A DNA stretch of 64,000 nt from Candidatus Fervidifonticultor secundus (GCA_031459385.1 JAVKIP010000001.1:160001-224000); one strand, 5' to 3'. Counted from the stretch's first letter, positions 1-8,958 are shown. The notes: generated by a model from the letters alone, not told the origin. Numbers and translations are program-made.

Positions 1-190
1 CGCGGCGCGGCCCGGTCGCCACGAGACCCTCCGCCTGCAGGCGTCGCAACGCCTCCCGCACGGGTGTTCGGCTCACCTTGAGCTCGGTGGCGATCGTCTC
101 TTCGCGCAACGGGTCGCCCGGCGCGAAGACGCCCCGACGCATGGCATCCATTAGCCAATCATACACTCTGTCCACGACCGAGGCGTTCAT
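1..190 (-). CDS. GntR-family transcriptional regulator, N-terminal part (runs off the window start)
   Basis: Not in the ORF track. Manual translation from the ATG at 190 gives MNASVVDRVYDWLMDAMRRGVFAPGDPLREETIATELKVSRTPVREALRRLQAEGLV, a GntR winged HTH (VSRTPVREAL). Divergent from the ABC operon. Confidence 0.9.
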   Translation of the reverse strand, partial: MNASVVDRVYDWLMDAMRRGVFAPGDPLREETIATELKVSRTPVREALRRLQAEGLVATGPRR

Positions 191-284
191 GGTGACATCA
201 GGGCTCCCACGTATCGTGGCGATCCGGTTCACCGCCTGGCCGGCACGTCGTTGGGGCATTCGCCCGGATCGTCACACCCGCAAA

Positions 285-335
285 TTGTACACATGACTCG
301 CAGTCTTGACAAGTTTTGACTTGATTTGTATACAT
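285..335. promoter_or_regulatory. Putative sigma70-type promoter of the ABC/DUF3830 operon with GntR-type operator sites
   Basis: AT-rich patch with TTGACA (306-311), a 17 nt spacer and TATACA (329-334). The palindrome TGTATACA (327-334) overlaps the -10, and a near copy TTGTACACA sits at 285-293. Confidence 0.65.
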
Positions 336-488
336 CTTCACTAGAGGGGGGCCTACGTCTCGAGAACCTTCAAGCGGGTTGTCTGGCATCGCATCGCCGA
401 CGAGACGGGCCAGGCCGGGTCGGCCGGTGTGCCTTCATCGCGTGATCGGTGGAGGGCGACAATCGGTTTGTGTGAAGGGAGGACGACC

Positions 489-2018
489 ATGCTGCGCGTG
501 TTCGTTGTCCTGGCTGCCATGGTCTTCGTGCTGGCGGGCCTGAGCCAGGCCCAGCAGTCCCCGTCCCAGCCGCAGGCCGGGGGTGTCCTGCGCCACGCAC
601 GCAACCTCGACGCCAAGACGCTGGACCCGCACTTCTCGGTCCAGTGGTCGGAGCGCTACGTCCTCTACGCACTCTATAACACCCTGGTCGGGCTCGACAA
701 GGATTTCAACGTGGTGCCGGAACTCGCCGAGTCGTGGGCGGTGTCCGACGACGGAAAGGCGATCACGTTCAGGCTGCGCCGCGGCGTCAGGTTTCACGAC
801 GGGACCGAGTTCACCGCGGAGGTCGTCAAGTGGAACATCGACCGCATCCTCAGCCCTGAAACGCGGTCGCCGCTGCGCTCGCTCATCGCCCCCTATATGG
901 ACGCCGTCGTGGTCGTGGATCCGGCAACGGTGCGCTTCGATCTGAAGGCGCCGTTCCGCCCCCTCCTGGCGGCACTCGCCGAGCGCCCGGGCTTCATGGT
1001 CTCCCCGGCGGCCGTGCGTCGGTTCGGACGGGAGTTCGGCCGGAACCCGGTGGGCACCGGTCCGTTCCGGTTCGTCGAATGGATCCCCGACCAGCGGATC
1101 GTGGTACAGCGGTTCGATGGCTACTGGGAGCGGGGCAAGCCCTACCTGAACCGGATCGAGTATCTGCACGTGCCCGAGAAGCAGGTGCAGCTCACAGCGC
1201 TGCGCACCGGCGAGGCCGATATTCTCGACGAGATCAGCCCCACGCTGGTGCCGCTTGTGCGCAACACCCCCAATATCAAGGTCGTCGAGCACCCCAGTTC
1301 TCGGTTCGTGGGCTGGCAGTGGGACCTGGACAAGCCTCCGTTCAACAACGCCAAGCTGCGTGCGGCGCTGGCCCATGCCGTCGATCGGGACGAGGTCCGG
1401 AAGGTCGTCTTCGCCAACACGGGCCGCACCGCGACGCATCCGGAAGGGGGCGGGTGGTGGTACAATCCCGAGCTCGACCGGCTCGGCTACCGCTACGATC
1501 CACAGCGGGCCAAGACCCTGCTGGCTGAGGCCGGGTATGCCGGCGGTTTCACGCATACGATGGTGGTGCCGGACGAGCAGTTCTGGAAGGAACTGGCGCA
1601 GGTTCTCCAGGCCCAGCTCGGTCGCATCGGCGTCAGGGTGAACCTCGAGCTCGTCAACCCGGCCGACTCCTACCGGATGGTGGTGGAAGACAAGATCAAC
1701 TGGACACCGACCCGATGGGCACCACGCGCCGATCCCCATGGGCGTCTGAGCATCCTGTTCCACAGCAAGGGATTCGCCAACAGCACGGGGTACGCGAACC
1801 CCCGCGTCGACGAGTTGATCGACAGGGCTGCGACGCTGTATGACAAGAGGGCTGCGAAGACCATGTACAAAGAAGTCGAGCGCATGGTCATGGCGGATGC
1901 GCCCTACGTCTACCTCGTCTGGCCGTCGGAGTTTGCGGCCATGCATCAGCGGGTCCAGAACTTCGTGTGGATTCCCGATCTGATCCTGCGCCTGCGGGAC
2001 TTGTGGCTGGCCCGATAG
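489..2018 (+). CDS. ABC transporter substrate-binding protein, family 5 (DppA/OppA-like)
   Basis: Signal peptide MLRVFVVLAAMVFVLAGLSQA; LRRGVRFHDGTEFTAEVV and PVGTGPFRF motifs; GGGAGG RBS before ATG 489. Confidence 0.92.
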   Translation: MLRVFVVLAAMVFVLAGLSQAQQSPSQPQAGGVLRHARNLDAKTLDPHFSVQWSERYVLYALYNTLVGLDKDFNVVPELAESWAVSDDGKAITFRLRRGVRFHDGTEFTAEVVKWNIDRILSPETRSPLRSLIAPYMDAVVVVDPATVRFDLKAPFRPLLAALAERPGFMVSPAAVRRFGREFGRNPVGTGPFRFVEWIPDQRIVVQRFDGYWERGKPYLNRIEYLHVPEKQVQLTALRTGEADILDEISPTLVPLVRNTPNIKVVEHPSSRFVGWQWDLDKPPFNNAKLRAALAHAVDRDEVRKVVFANTGRTATHPEGGGWWYNPELDRLGYRYDPQRAKTLLAEAGYAGGFTHTMVVPDEQFWKELAQVLQAQLGRIGVRVNLELVNPADSYRMVVEDKINWTPTRWAPRADPHGRLSILFHSKGFANSTGYANPRVDELIDRAATLYDKRAAKTMYKEVERMVMADAPYVYLVWPSEFAAMHQRVQNFVWIPDLILRLRDLWLAR

Positions 2019-2122
2019 GCGTCGTGCTCCGTGCCCGCGGGGCGGGCGGCGGGGTTCGTGCGCGTGGGGAGGCAAGGTGAACTGCGCGTGGCGCTTCCGC
2101 CGCGCGAACCCGGCGGCCTCGC

Positions 2123-3067
2123 ATGACCCGGTACATCGTCGGCCGGCTGGTCAGCGCGGCCCCGGTGCTCCTCATCCTGTCCCTGATTGTCTTCGTCCTC
2201 ATGCGGGTGGTGCTGGGCGATCCGGTTCTGCTGATGCTCGGCCAGGAGGTAGACCTGAGGCTGGCGCAGCAACTGCGTCAGGAACTGGGATACACCCGGC
2301 CTGTGGTGATCCAGTACCTGGACTGGCTGGGCCACGTGCTCCGCGGCGACCTGGGATGGTCGAGCCGGACGCCGTTCAGGGTCTCGGAACTCATCCTGCT
2401 GCGTCTGCCCACCACGCTGCTGCTGGCGTTCCTCGCCCTGGGGCTGGCCCTGGCCGTTGCCGTTCCGGCGGGCGTCCTGGCGTCGCTTCACCATGGCCGG
2501 CGCCTCGACACCACTATCTCCGTGGGTGTCGTCTTTGGGCTCTCGATGCCGAACTTCTGGCTCGGTATTGTGCTGATCTTCCTGTTTGCCCTGAAGCTAC
2601 GCTGGTTGCCTTCCTCGGGATACGTGAGCCCCGCCCACGATCTGCTGGGGTTTGCCCGTTTCATGCTCCTGCCGGTGTGCACCCTCAGCGTGAGCTATAT
2701 GGCGAGCCTGACCCGGTACGTCCGGGCGACGATGCTCGACGTCTTTCGCGAGCAGTACGTGCTCGTCGCGCGGTCCAAGGGGCTGACCGCCACCGCCGTG
2801 GTGCTCAGGCATGCGTTCAAGAACTCGTTGATTCCCGTGATTACGCTGATCGGCCTGAATCTCGCGGGGCTGTTCAGCGGTGCGGTCGTCACCGAAACGG
2901 TCTTTGCCCTGCCGGGGGTAGGGACGCTGCTGTTCAACGCGATCCTCGGGCGGGACCTCCCCGTCGTTCAGGGCGTGGTGATCCTGGTGAGTGTTGCGGT
3001 GCTGCTGATCAACATCGTGGTCGACGTGCTCTATGCCTACGTGGACCCGCGGATCCGATACCGGTAG
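2123..3067 (+). CDS. Peptide/nickel ABC permease (DppB-like)
   Basis: Multiple TM segments; EAA-loop YVLVARSKGL...HAFKNSLIP; ends DPRIRY. Confidence 0.92.
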   Translation: MTRYIVGRLVSAAPVLLILSLIVFVLMRVVLGDPVLLMLGQEVDLRLAQQLRQELGYTRPVVIQYLDWLGHVLRGDLGWSSRTPFRVSELILLRLPTTLLLAFLALGLALAVAVPAGVLASLHHGRRLDTTISVGVVFGLSMPNFWLGIVLIFLFALKLRWLPSSGYVSPAHDLLGFARFMLLPVCTLSVSYMASLTRYVRATMLDVFREQYVLVARSKGLTATAVVLRHAFKNSLIPVITLIGLNLAGLFSGAVVTETVFALPGVGTLLFNAILGRDLPVVQGVVILVSVAVLLINIVVDVLYAYVDPRIRYR

Positions 3068-3076
3068 GCCGCGGCT

Positions 3077-3997
3077 GTGACGCGTCCGGCCGCCCGTGTC
3101 ATGTCGCCCGAGCTCGGGCACGCGTGGGCAGGCCCGTGGAGCCGCCTGCTGCGGGGGCTCCTGGGACGTCCACGTCTGGCAGTCGGCGCTGGCCTCGTCA
3201 TGGTGCTGGCCGGAGGTGCCGCCCTGGGGCCGTACGTCATCCCGCACCATCCGCTCGCGGCCGACTTCTCCGCTGTCCTGGCGCCGCCCAGCAGGGTGCA
3301 CCCGCTGGGCACCGACCGACTGGGGCGCGACCTGCTGAGTCGTAGCGTGCACGGGGGCCGTGTCTCGCTCACGGTCGGAGCCCTGTCCGTCGTGGTGGGG
3401 ATGTGCCTGGGTGTCCCCATCGGGTTGGTGAGCGGGTACCTGGGGGGATGGGCCGATGGGCTCTTGATGCGGCTGGCGGATGCGATGCTCATCCTCCCCG
3501 GGCTGATCCTGGCCGCTACCATCGCGCTGTTCCTTGGTCCGAGCCTCGCCAACGTGACCCTGGCGATTGGCCTGGTGCGATGGCCGGTCTTTGCACGGTT
3601 GGTACGCGGTCAGGTGCTCACCATCAAGGAGCGTGAATACGTGGTGGCCGCGCGTGCGATCGGGGCCCCGACCAGCCGGATTCTCGCCCGCCACGTGCTG
3701 CCGAACGCGAGCACCGTTGTCACCGTCGAAGCGACGTTGAGCGCAGGCTTCGCGATGTTCACCGAGGCCAGTCTGAGCTTCCTGGGGGTGGGCGTCCCCC
3801 CGCCGACCCCGACCTGGGGCGGCATGTTGAGAGAAGGGTACAGTTATCTGGAACTGGCGCCGTGGGCAAGTCTCGTGCCGGGTGCTGCGCTGTTCCTTGG
3901 CATCTTTGCGTTCAACTTTCTCGGTGACGGGCTACGCGATCTTGCCGACCCGGCGGTGCGGCGTCTGCACCGGCGCGCGGTAGAGAGGAGGGAGTGA
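3077..3997 (+). CDS. Peptide/nickel ABC permease (DppC-like)
   Basis: HPLGTDRLGRD, EYVVAARAIGA, LSFLGVGVPPPTPTWG and GDGLRD motifs. Confidence 0.92.
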   Translation: MTRPAARVMSPELGHAWAGPWSRLLRGLLGRPRLAVGAGLVMVLAGGAALGPYVIPHHPLAADFSAVLAPPSRVHPLGTDRLGRDLLSRSVHGGRVSLTVGALSVVVGMCLGVPIGLVSGYLGGWADGLLMRLADAMLILPGLILAATIALFLGPSLANVTLAIGLVRWPVFARLVRGQVLTIKEREYVVAARAIGAPTSRILARHVLPNASTVVTVEATLSAGFAMFTEASLSFLGVGVPPPTPTWGGMLREGYSYLELAPWASLVPGAALFLGIFAFNFLGDGLRDLADPAVRRLHRRAVERRE

Positions 3998-4449
3998 TGC
4001 GGAGGATCGAGGTGGTGCTCGATGATGTTACAGCCACGGCGGAGCTCCTGGAGCGTGACGCCCCCAGGACCGTGGAGCGCCTCTGGCAGCTCCTGCCCAT
4101 CCACGACCGCACGATCCACGTGCGCTGGTCTGGTGCGGCCTGGCGCACCGAAAAGAACTACCCTCTGCAGATCGGCGAACTCGAGAATCCGGTTACCTGG
4201 CTCGAACCCGGCGACATCGCCTACTACGACGACCCGCGGTACGGGCTCTACAAGGTTGCCGTCTGCTACGGCCGGTCCCAGTGGCGAGACGAGAAGGGGG
4301 AACTGTACGTCACCCGCCTCGGACGCATCGTCGACAACCTGCAGCCGTTCATCGCGCGTTGCGAGCAGATCCTGTACCAGGGACCGAAGGCAGTCATCAT
4401 CCGGCCCGCGCGGGGAGGCGAGGGAGGCCAGGAGGTGGACCGACGGTGA
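3997..4449 (+). CDS. DUF3830-family protein (cyclophilin-like fold), copy 1
   Basis: APRTVERLWQLLP, HVRWSG, ENP...PGDIAYY and V.YG motifs typical of DUF3830. The start overlaps the dppC stop (TGATG). Confidence 0.75.
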   Translation: MRRIEVVLDDVTATAELLERDAPRTVERLWQLLPIHDRTIHVRWSGAAWRTEKNYPLQIGELENPVTWLEPGDIAYYDDPRYGLYKVAVCYGRSQWRDEKGELYVTRLGRIVDNLQPFIARCEQILYQGPKAVIIRPARGGEGGQEVDRR

Positions 4450-4895
4450 GACGTATCGAGATCGAACTGGACGGTGTCGTGGTGCGTGCCGCGCTCGACG
4501 ACGAGGCGGCGCCGGTCACGGTTGCGAAGCTGTGGGACTGCCTCCCGTTTCAGGATCGGGTGACGCATGCGAAGTGGTCTGGGGAGATGTTTCACACCAA
4601 CTCCCCGGTTCCGATAGATCTCGAAGGGAAGCAGTGGCCGATGGGTGTGGAGAACCCCGTCGGGTTCCAGGCGCCAGGCGACATCGTGTACCTGCCTGCC
4701 ATTCAGGAGCTCGCCATCGCCTACGGCGAGGCGCGGTTCTCATGGGTGCTGGGCCCGATGCTGGTCACCGGCCTGGGGCGCATCGAGGATGATCTGACGC
4801 GGTTCGCCCAGAAGGCCGAGCGACTGCAGTGGGAAGGGGCGAAACTGTTGGTGATGCGGCGAGTCGAGGACGAGCCGCGTGGAGGCGCGTCATGA
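4446..4895 (+). CDS. DUF3830-family protein, copy 2
   Basis: GTG start in a GTGA overlap; APVTVAKLWDCLP, HAKWSGE, ENP...PGDIVY, ELAIAYGE, LQWEGAK. Confidence 0.8.
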   Translation: MRRIEIELDGVVVRAALDDEAAPVTVAKLWDCLPFQDRVTHAKWSGEMFHTNSPVPIDLEGKQWPMGVENPVGFQAPGDIVYLPAIQELAIAYGEARFSWVLGPMLVTGLGRIEDDLTRFAQKAERLQWEGAKLLVMRRVEDEPRGGAS

Positions 4896-5314
4896 AGCCG
4901 ATCGCGCTCGACTTCGATGGGCACACGCTGCGCGCCGCACTGTGGGACGAGCGGGCGCCCGTGCTCTGCGGCCGCATCTGGGAGGCGCTTCCGCTGGAAG
5001 GCCAGGTTACGAACACGATTTGGAGCGGCGAGATGTTGCGGCTATGGGTGGAGATTCCCGAGCCCGAGCAGCTCGAGAACGTCCGCGTGCTGCACCACCC
5101 CGGCGATATCCTGTTTGTTCCCAGGTGGAACGGGCTGCGCCTGGTGTACGGCCAGGCGATGATGCGCGGGCCGGCGGGTGCGCATCCCGTGCCGGTGGTG
5201 GGCAGGGTGATCGACCCGCTGGCGCCGCTGCGGGAGTTCGCGCGTCGTATCGAGTGGGACGGGGCGCGCGTCCTGCGGGTTCGGCGCGCAGAGGGCGGAG
5301 CATCAGGGAGGTAA
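4892..5314 (+). CDS. DUF3830-family protein, copy 3
   Basis: ATG start in an ATGA overlap; APVLCGRIWEALP, NTIWSGE, EN...PGDILF, LVYGQ, IEWDGAR. Confidence 0.75.
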   Translation: MKPIALDFDGHTLRAALWDERAPVLCGRIWEALPLEGQVTNTIWSGEMLRLWVEIPEPEQLENVRVLHHPGDILFVPRWNGLRLVYGQAMMRGPAGAHPVPVVGRVIDPLAPLREFARRIEWDGARVLRVRRAEGGASGR

Positions 5315-5319
5315 CCGGC

Positions 5320-6810
5320 GTGAGCAAGACGTTGACGCAGTACGGGATGTGGGTCGGCGGGGCCGAAGTCGAGGCGCAGAGCGGTGAGTGGATGGAGATC
5401 GTCTACCCGGCGACGGGCGAGAAGTGGGCCATGGTGCCGTCAGCCGGGCCCGCCGACGTCGACCGGGCGGTGGCAGCGGCCCGGAAGGCGCTGGGGAACC
5501 CCGCGTGGCGCGACATCTCGCCGGCAGCTCGCGCAGGCCTGCTGAGAGACCTGGCCGAGCGCATCAAACGCGAGGCGACGCGGCTCGCGGAGCTGGAGAC
5601 CAGGACCAACGGGAAGATCATTCGCGAGACCACCGCCCAGATGACCGTGATTCCCCACTGGTTCCACTATTTCGCCGGAGCGGCAGACAAGCTGTTTGGC
5701 CAGGTCATCCCATTGGAGAAGACCACGGTCTTCAACTATACGCTCCGTGAGCCCGTGGGAGTCGTCGCCGCCATCGTCCCCTGGAACTCGCCGCTGCTGC
5801 TGGCCACGTGGAAGCTGGCGCCCGCGCTGGCTGCGGGCAACGCGGTGGTGCTGAAACCCGCCGAGACGACGCCGGTCACCGCCCTGGAGCTCGCGAGGTT
5901 GATGACAGAGGTCGGCTTCCCCGACGGCGTGCTGAACGTCGTGACCGGCTACGGGCCGACCGTGGGGAGCGCGCTGGTAGGACACCCCGGCGTCAACAAG
6001 GTGGCCTTCACGGGCGGCATCGAGACGGGCCGGGCCGTCGTACGGCAGACCGCCAACAACCTGGCCCGGCTGACCCTCGAGCTCGGGGGCAAGTCTCCGA
6101 ATATTGTGTTCGAGGACGCGGACCTGGATGCGGCGACCAATGGAGTGATCGCTGGCATCTTTGCGGCGACCGGCCAGACGTGCATCGCGGGGTCCCGCCT
6201 GATCGTGCACGAACGGGTCCACGACGAACTGGTGGCCCGCGTGGTGGAGCGCGCCAGGCGGATTCGGCTGGGCGATCCTCTCGCCTGGGAGACCGAGATG
6301 GGGCCGGCGGCGACCCCAGAGCAACTGGCGAAGATCAAACAGTACGTGGAACTGGGAGTTCGCGAGGGCGCGGATCTGCTCTGCGGGGGCGCGGTCCCGA
6401 CCGATGGCCCCCTGTCGCGCGGGTACTTCTTCCTGCCCACGGTGTTCGACCGCGTCGACACCCGGATGCGCATCGCCCAGGAGGAGATCTTTGGCCCCGT
6501 GCTGTCGGTCATGGTGTTCCGGGACGAGGACGAAGCGATTCGGCTGGCCAACGACGTCCCCCACGGCCTGGCGGCGGGCGTGTGGACCCGGGCCCTCCAG
6601 CGGGCGCATCGGGTTGCCCGCCAGCTCGAGGCCGGAACGGTCTGGGTCAACACCTACCGGGCGGTGTCCCCCGCGTCGCCGTTTGGAGGATACAAGCAGA
6701 GCGGCTACGGTCGAGAAAACTGGCTCGGGACGCTCGATGAGTACACGCAGGTGAAGAGTGTATGGATCGAACTGTCTGCCGAGACGCGCGATCCTTTCGT
6801 CATGCGGTAG
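5320..6810 (+). CDS. NAD(P)-dependent aldehyde dehydrogenase
   Basis: PWNSP, LKPAE, FTGG, LELGGKSP, catalytic GQTCIAG, EEIFGPV, PFGGYKQSG; GTG start after GGGAGG. Confidence 0.95.
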   Translation: MSKTLTQYGMWVGGAEVEAQSGEWMEIVYPATGEKWAMVPSAGPADVDRAVAAARKALGNPAWRDISPAARAGLLRDLAERIKREATRLAELETRTNGKIIRETTAQMTVIPHWFHYFAGAADKLFGQVIPLEKTTVFNYTLREPVGVVAAIVPWNSPLLLATWKLAPALAAGNAVVLKPAETTPVTALELARLMTEVGFPDGVLNVVTGYGPTVGSALVGHPGVNKVAFTGGIETGRAVVRQTANNLARLTLELGGKSPNIVFEDADLDAATNGVIAGIFAATGQTCIAGSRLIVHERVHDELVARVVERARRIRLGDPLAWETEMGPAATPEQLAKIKQYVELGVREGADLLCGGAVPTDGPLSRGYFFLPTVFDRVDTRMRIAQEEIFGPVLSVMVFRDEDEAIRLANDVPHGLAAGVWTRALQRAHRVARQLEAGTVWVNTYRAVSPASPFGGYKQSGYGRENWLGTLDEYTQVKSVWIELSAETRDPFVMR

Positions 6811-6852
6811 GTGCCGGCCAGCGGCCGTCGGCACCAGGAGGCGACCGCGGTC

Positions 6853-7845
6853 GTGCCCGTTGACGTCCTCTACCTCAGCGCGGCGGAGACGCGGCAGGTG
6901 CTCGACGCCGCCCAGGCGATGCACCTGGTCGAGCAGGCCCTCCGGTGGCAGGCAGATGGCCAGATCGTGTGGTCCGATCCCGCGGTCCTGAACCTTCAGA
7001 CGCGAGATCCCGATAGCCACTACCGGCTCAAGGGGTGCTACCTGCGGACCGTGGAGGCCGTGGGGTTCCGCGTCACCGGGTTTCACGTGCACCCGACCGG
7101 GGCCGGCTCGGGCGCCCCGGACAACACCCGGTTCGTGATCCTCAGCGATCCACGCACGGGGCGGCCGCAGGCGATCATCGACGAGCACTGGACGTACAAC
7201 GTGCGCACCGTGGCCGCAGCGGCTGTTGCGGCCAGGTACCTGGCCAGGCGGGACAGCGCGGTCCTGGGCCTGGTGGGGAGCGGACAGCTGGCCACGACCG
7301 GGCTGGTGCTCCTCGACAGCCTGTTCCATTTTCGGGAAGTCAGGGTCACCTCGCGCCGACCGGAGAGCCGGGAGGGCTTTGCGCATCGTATGCGCGGTCA
7401 GATCGGTGGGGAGCTCCGTCCCGTGGATTCCCCACGCGATGCTGTCGTCGGCGCAGATCTCGTCGTGACGTGCACGTCAGCGAACACCCGGCTGGTCGAG
7501 GCTGACTGGTTGGAACGCGGGGTGTTCGTCTGCGCCCTGGGCCGCGGGGAGCTCGCCGATGCCGTGTACGAGACTGCGGACAAGATCGTGATGGACAGCT
7601 GGCAGGCGAGCCAGGAGGCTGCGGATGTCCGCGGGCTCGTCGCCCGAGGGGTGCTCTCGCGGGAGCGACTGCACGCGGAGCTTGGCGAGATCGTTGCGGG
7701 CCTGCGCCCCGGTCGGGAGGCGCCAGAGGAACGCATCGTGGCGCGCATCGAAGGGCTGGCCAGCCAGGATGTGGCCATCGCGCACTGGGTCGTGGCAGAA
7801 GCCCGCTGCCGTCATCTGGGGACGATCATTCCCGCGGGCTTCTGA
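6853..7845 (+). CDS. Ornithine cyclodeaminase/mu-crystallin family (imine reductase/cyclodeaminase-like)
   Basis: RTVAAAAVAARYLA, Rossmann GLVGSGQLA, ADLVVTCT, ELGEIVAG..PGR, GLASQD; AGGAGG RBS at 6836-6841. Confidence 0.88.
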   Translation: MPVDVLYLSAAETRQVLDAAQAMHLVEQALRWQADGQIVWSDPAVLNLQTRDPDSHYRLKGCYLRTVEAVGFRVTGFHVHPTGAGSGAPDNTRFVILSDPRTGRPQAIIDEHWTYNVRTVAAAAVAARYLARRDSAVLGLVGSGQLATTGLVLLDSLFHFREVRVTSRRPESREGFAHRMRGQIGGELRPVDSPRDAVVGADLVVTCTSANTRLVEADWLERGVFVCALGRGELADAVYETADKIVMDSWQASQEAADVRGLVARGVLSRERLHAELGEIVAGLRPGREAPEERIVARIEGLASQDVAIAHWVVAEARCRHLGTIIPAGF

Positions 7846-7881
7846 GTGTCGGCGTCGGCCGCAGCAGGCAGGGCCGGGGTC

Positions 7882-8367
7882 TCACGCGATGCCCGCGTCG
7901 AGGGACCGGACCTCGCTGGTGCGGCCATCCCACCGCAGCAGCTCGGCCGCAGCGTCGGCGAGGGAGCGTACCACGCGGCCGCGCTCCTCGATGCACCCCA
8001 CGATGTAGTAGTTGACCGCGCGGGCCCCGGCGGCCCAGTCCCAGCGCGCGACCCGGGTGTCGTGCAGGACGCCCACGATGCCCTTCTTCGGCGCCCCCAG
8101 GCGCGCTAGGGCGTGGAAGGCGCCGATGTGCGCGGCCACGGCGTCGTCGATGCTGTACCCGTCGATGATGGCGACGAGCGCATCCGCCTCCTGGAGAGCT
8201 GCGAAGTCGTCAGCCACCGTGCTCTCGGCGCGGTCATCGGTGCCGCCTTGCCACCCGCCGGCGGGCGTGTAACAGGTGAACCCCTTCTCCCGGAGCGCCT
8301 GCGCGCACTTGGCGAGGAACTCGCGGGCGTAGGGTGTGGTGATGATGCCGGTGAGGAAGACCTTCAC
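7882..8367 (-). CDS. Nucleoside 2-deoxyribosyltransferase-like protein, catalytic Glu replaced by His
   Basis: Colinear with 8444..8935: MKVFLTG, D...L..ADALVAIIDG, DDAVAAHIG, NYYIVG. Confidence 0.7.
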   Translation of the reverse strand: MKVFLTGIITTPYAREFLAKCAQALREKGFTCYTPAGGWQGGTDDRAESTVADDFAALQEADALVAIIDGYSIDDAVAAHIGAFHALARLGAPKKGIVGVLHDTRVARWDWAAGARAVNYYIVGCIEERGRVVRSLADAAAELLRWDGRTSEVRSLDAGIA

Positions 8368-8443
8368 AGGAGCCCTCCTGGGTCGTGCGTGTCGGTTGGT
8401 ATGCGGGCGGCCGGCAGCGCGGGCGGCCGCCCGGGCGGCGCGC

Positions 8444-8935
8444 TCAGTCGAGCAGCCCCTCGGCGCGCAGCTCCCGGCGCCAGACCTGCAGGTGCGCGAT
8501 GATCTCGTCGAGGGTGCGGTAGACCGCGCCCGCCGCTTCTACCGTGCCCAGCGTGAACGCATTGATCGGCGGCGCGCCGGCTTCCGCCCGTTTCCAGGCC
8601 TGGGCGTCGGTGAGCAGGCCCAGGATGCCCTTCTTCGAGCGGTCGTGCTGCATGAGGCCGTAGAAGATGCCGATCTCGGCGGCCGTGCCGCTGCTGACGT
8701 CCGGGTCGTCGAGCAGCGCCACGATCGCGTGCGCGTCGGCGACCATCTTGTAATCCATCTGGAAGATCTCTGCCGGCGTGAGCACCTTGCCCGTCGCCCG
8801 GTCAATCTCGTGGATGACTCCGCGCTCGTGCGGGACCAGGCAGACGAAGCCCGCGTCGCGCAGGCGCTCGGCGTTGCGCGCGATGAAGGCGCGATGGTAC
8901 GGGGTGAAGAGCGGCCCTGCCGTGTAGATTTTCAC
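8444..8935 (-). CDS. Nucleoside 2-deoxyribosyltransferase / nucleotide N-glycosidase family protein
   Basis: MKIYTAGPLF, IFQMD, AIVALLD, SSGTAAEIG (catalytic Glu), INAFTLG. Confidence 0.85.
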   Translation of the reverse strand: MKIYTAGPLFTPYHRAFIARNAERLRDAGFVCLVPHERGVIHEIDRATGKVLTPAEIFQMDYKMVADAHAIVALLDDPDVSSGTAAEIGIFYGLMQHDRSKKGILGLLTDAQAWKRAEAGAPPINAFTLGTVEAAGAVYRTLDEIIAHLQVWRRELRAEGLLD

Positions 8936-8936
8936 C

Positions 8937-8958
8937 TGTGCCTCCTTTGTGCCTCCTT
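8937..8958. repeat. Perfect 11-bp tandem duplication (TGTGCCTCCTT x2) containing the Shine-Dalgarno of the NDT gene
   Basis: The minus strand reads AAGGAGGCACA-AAGGAGGCACA-G-GTG(start). Confidence 0.85.
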
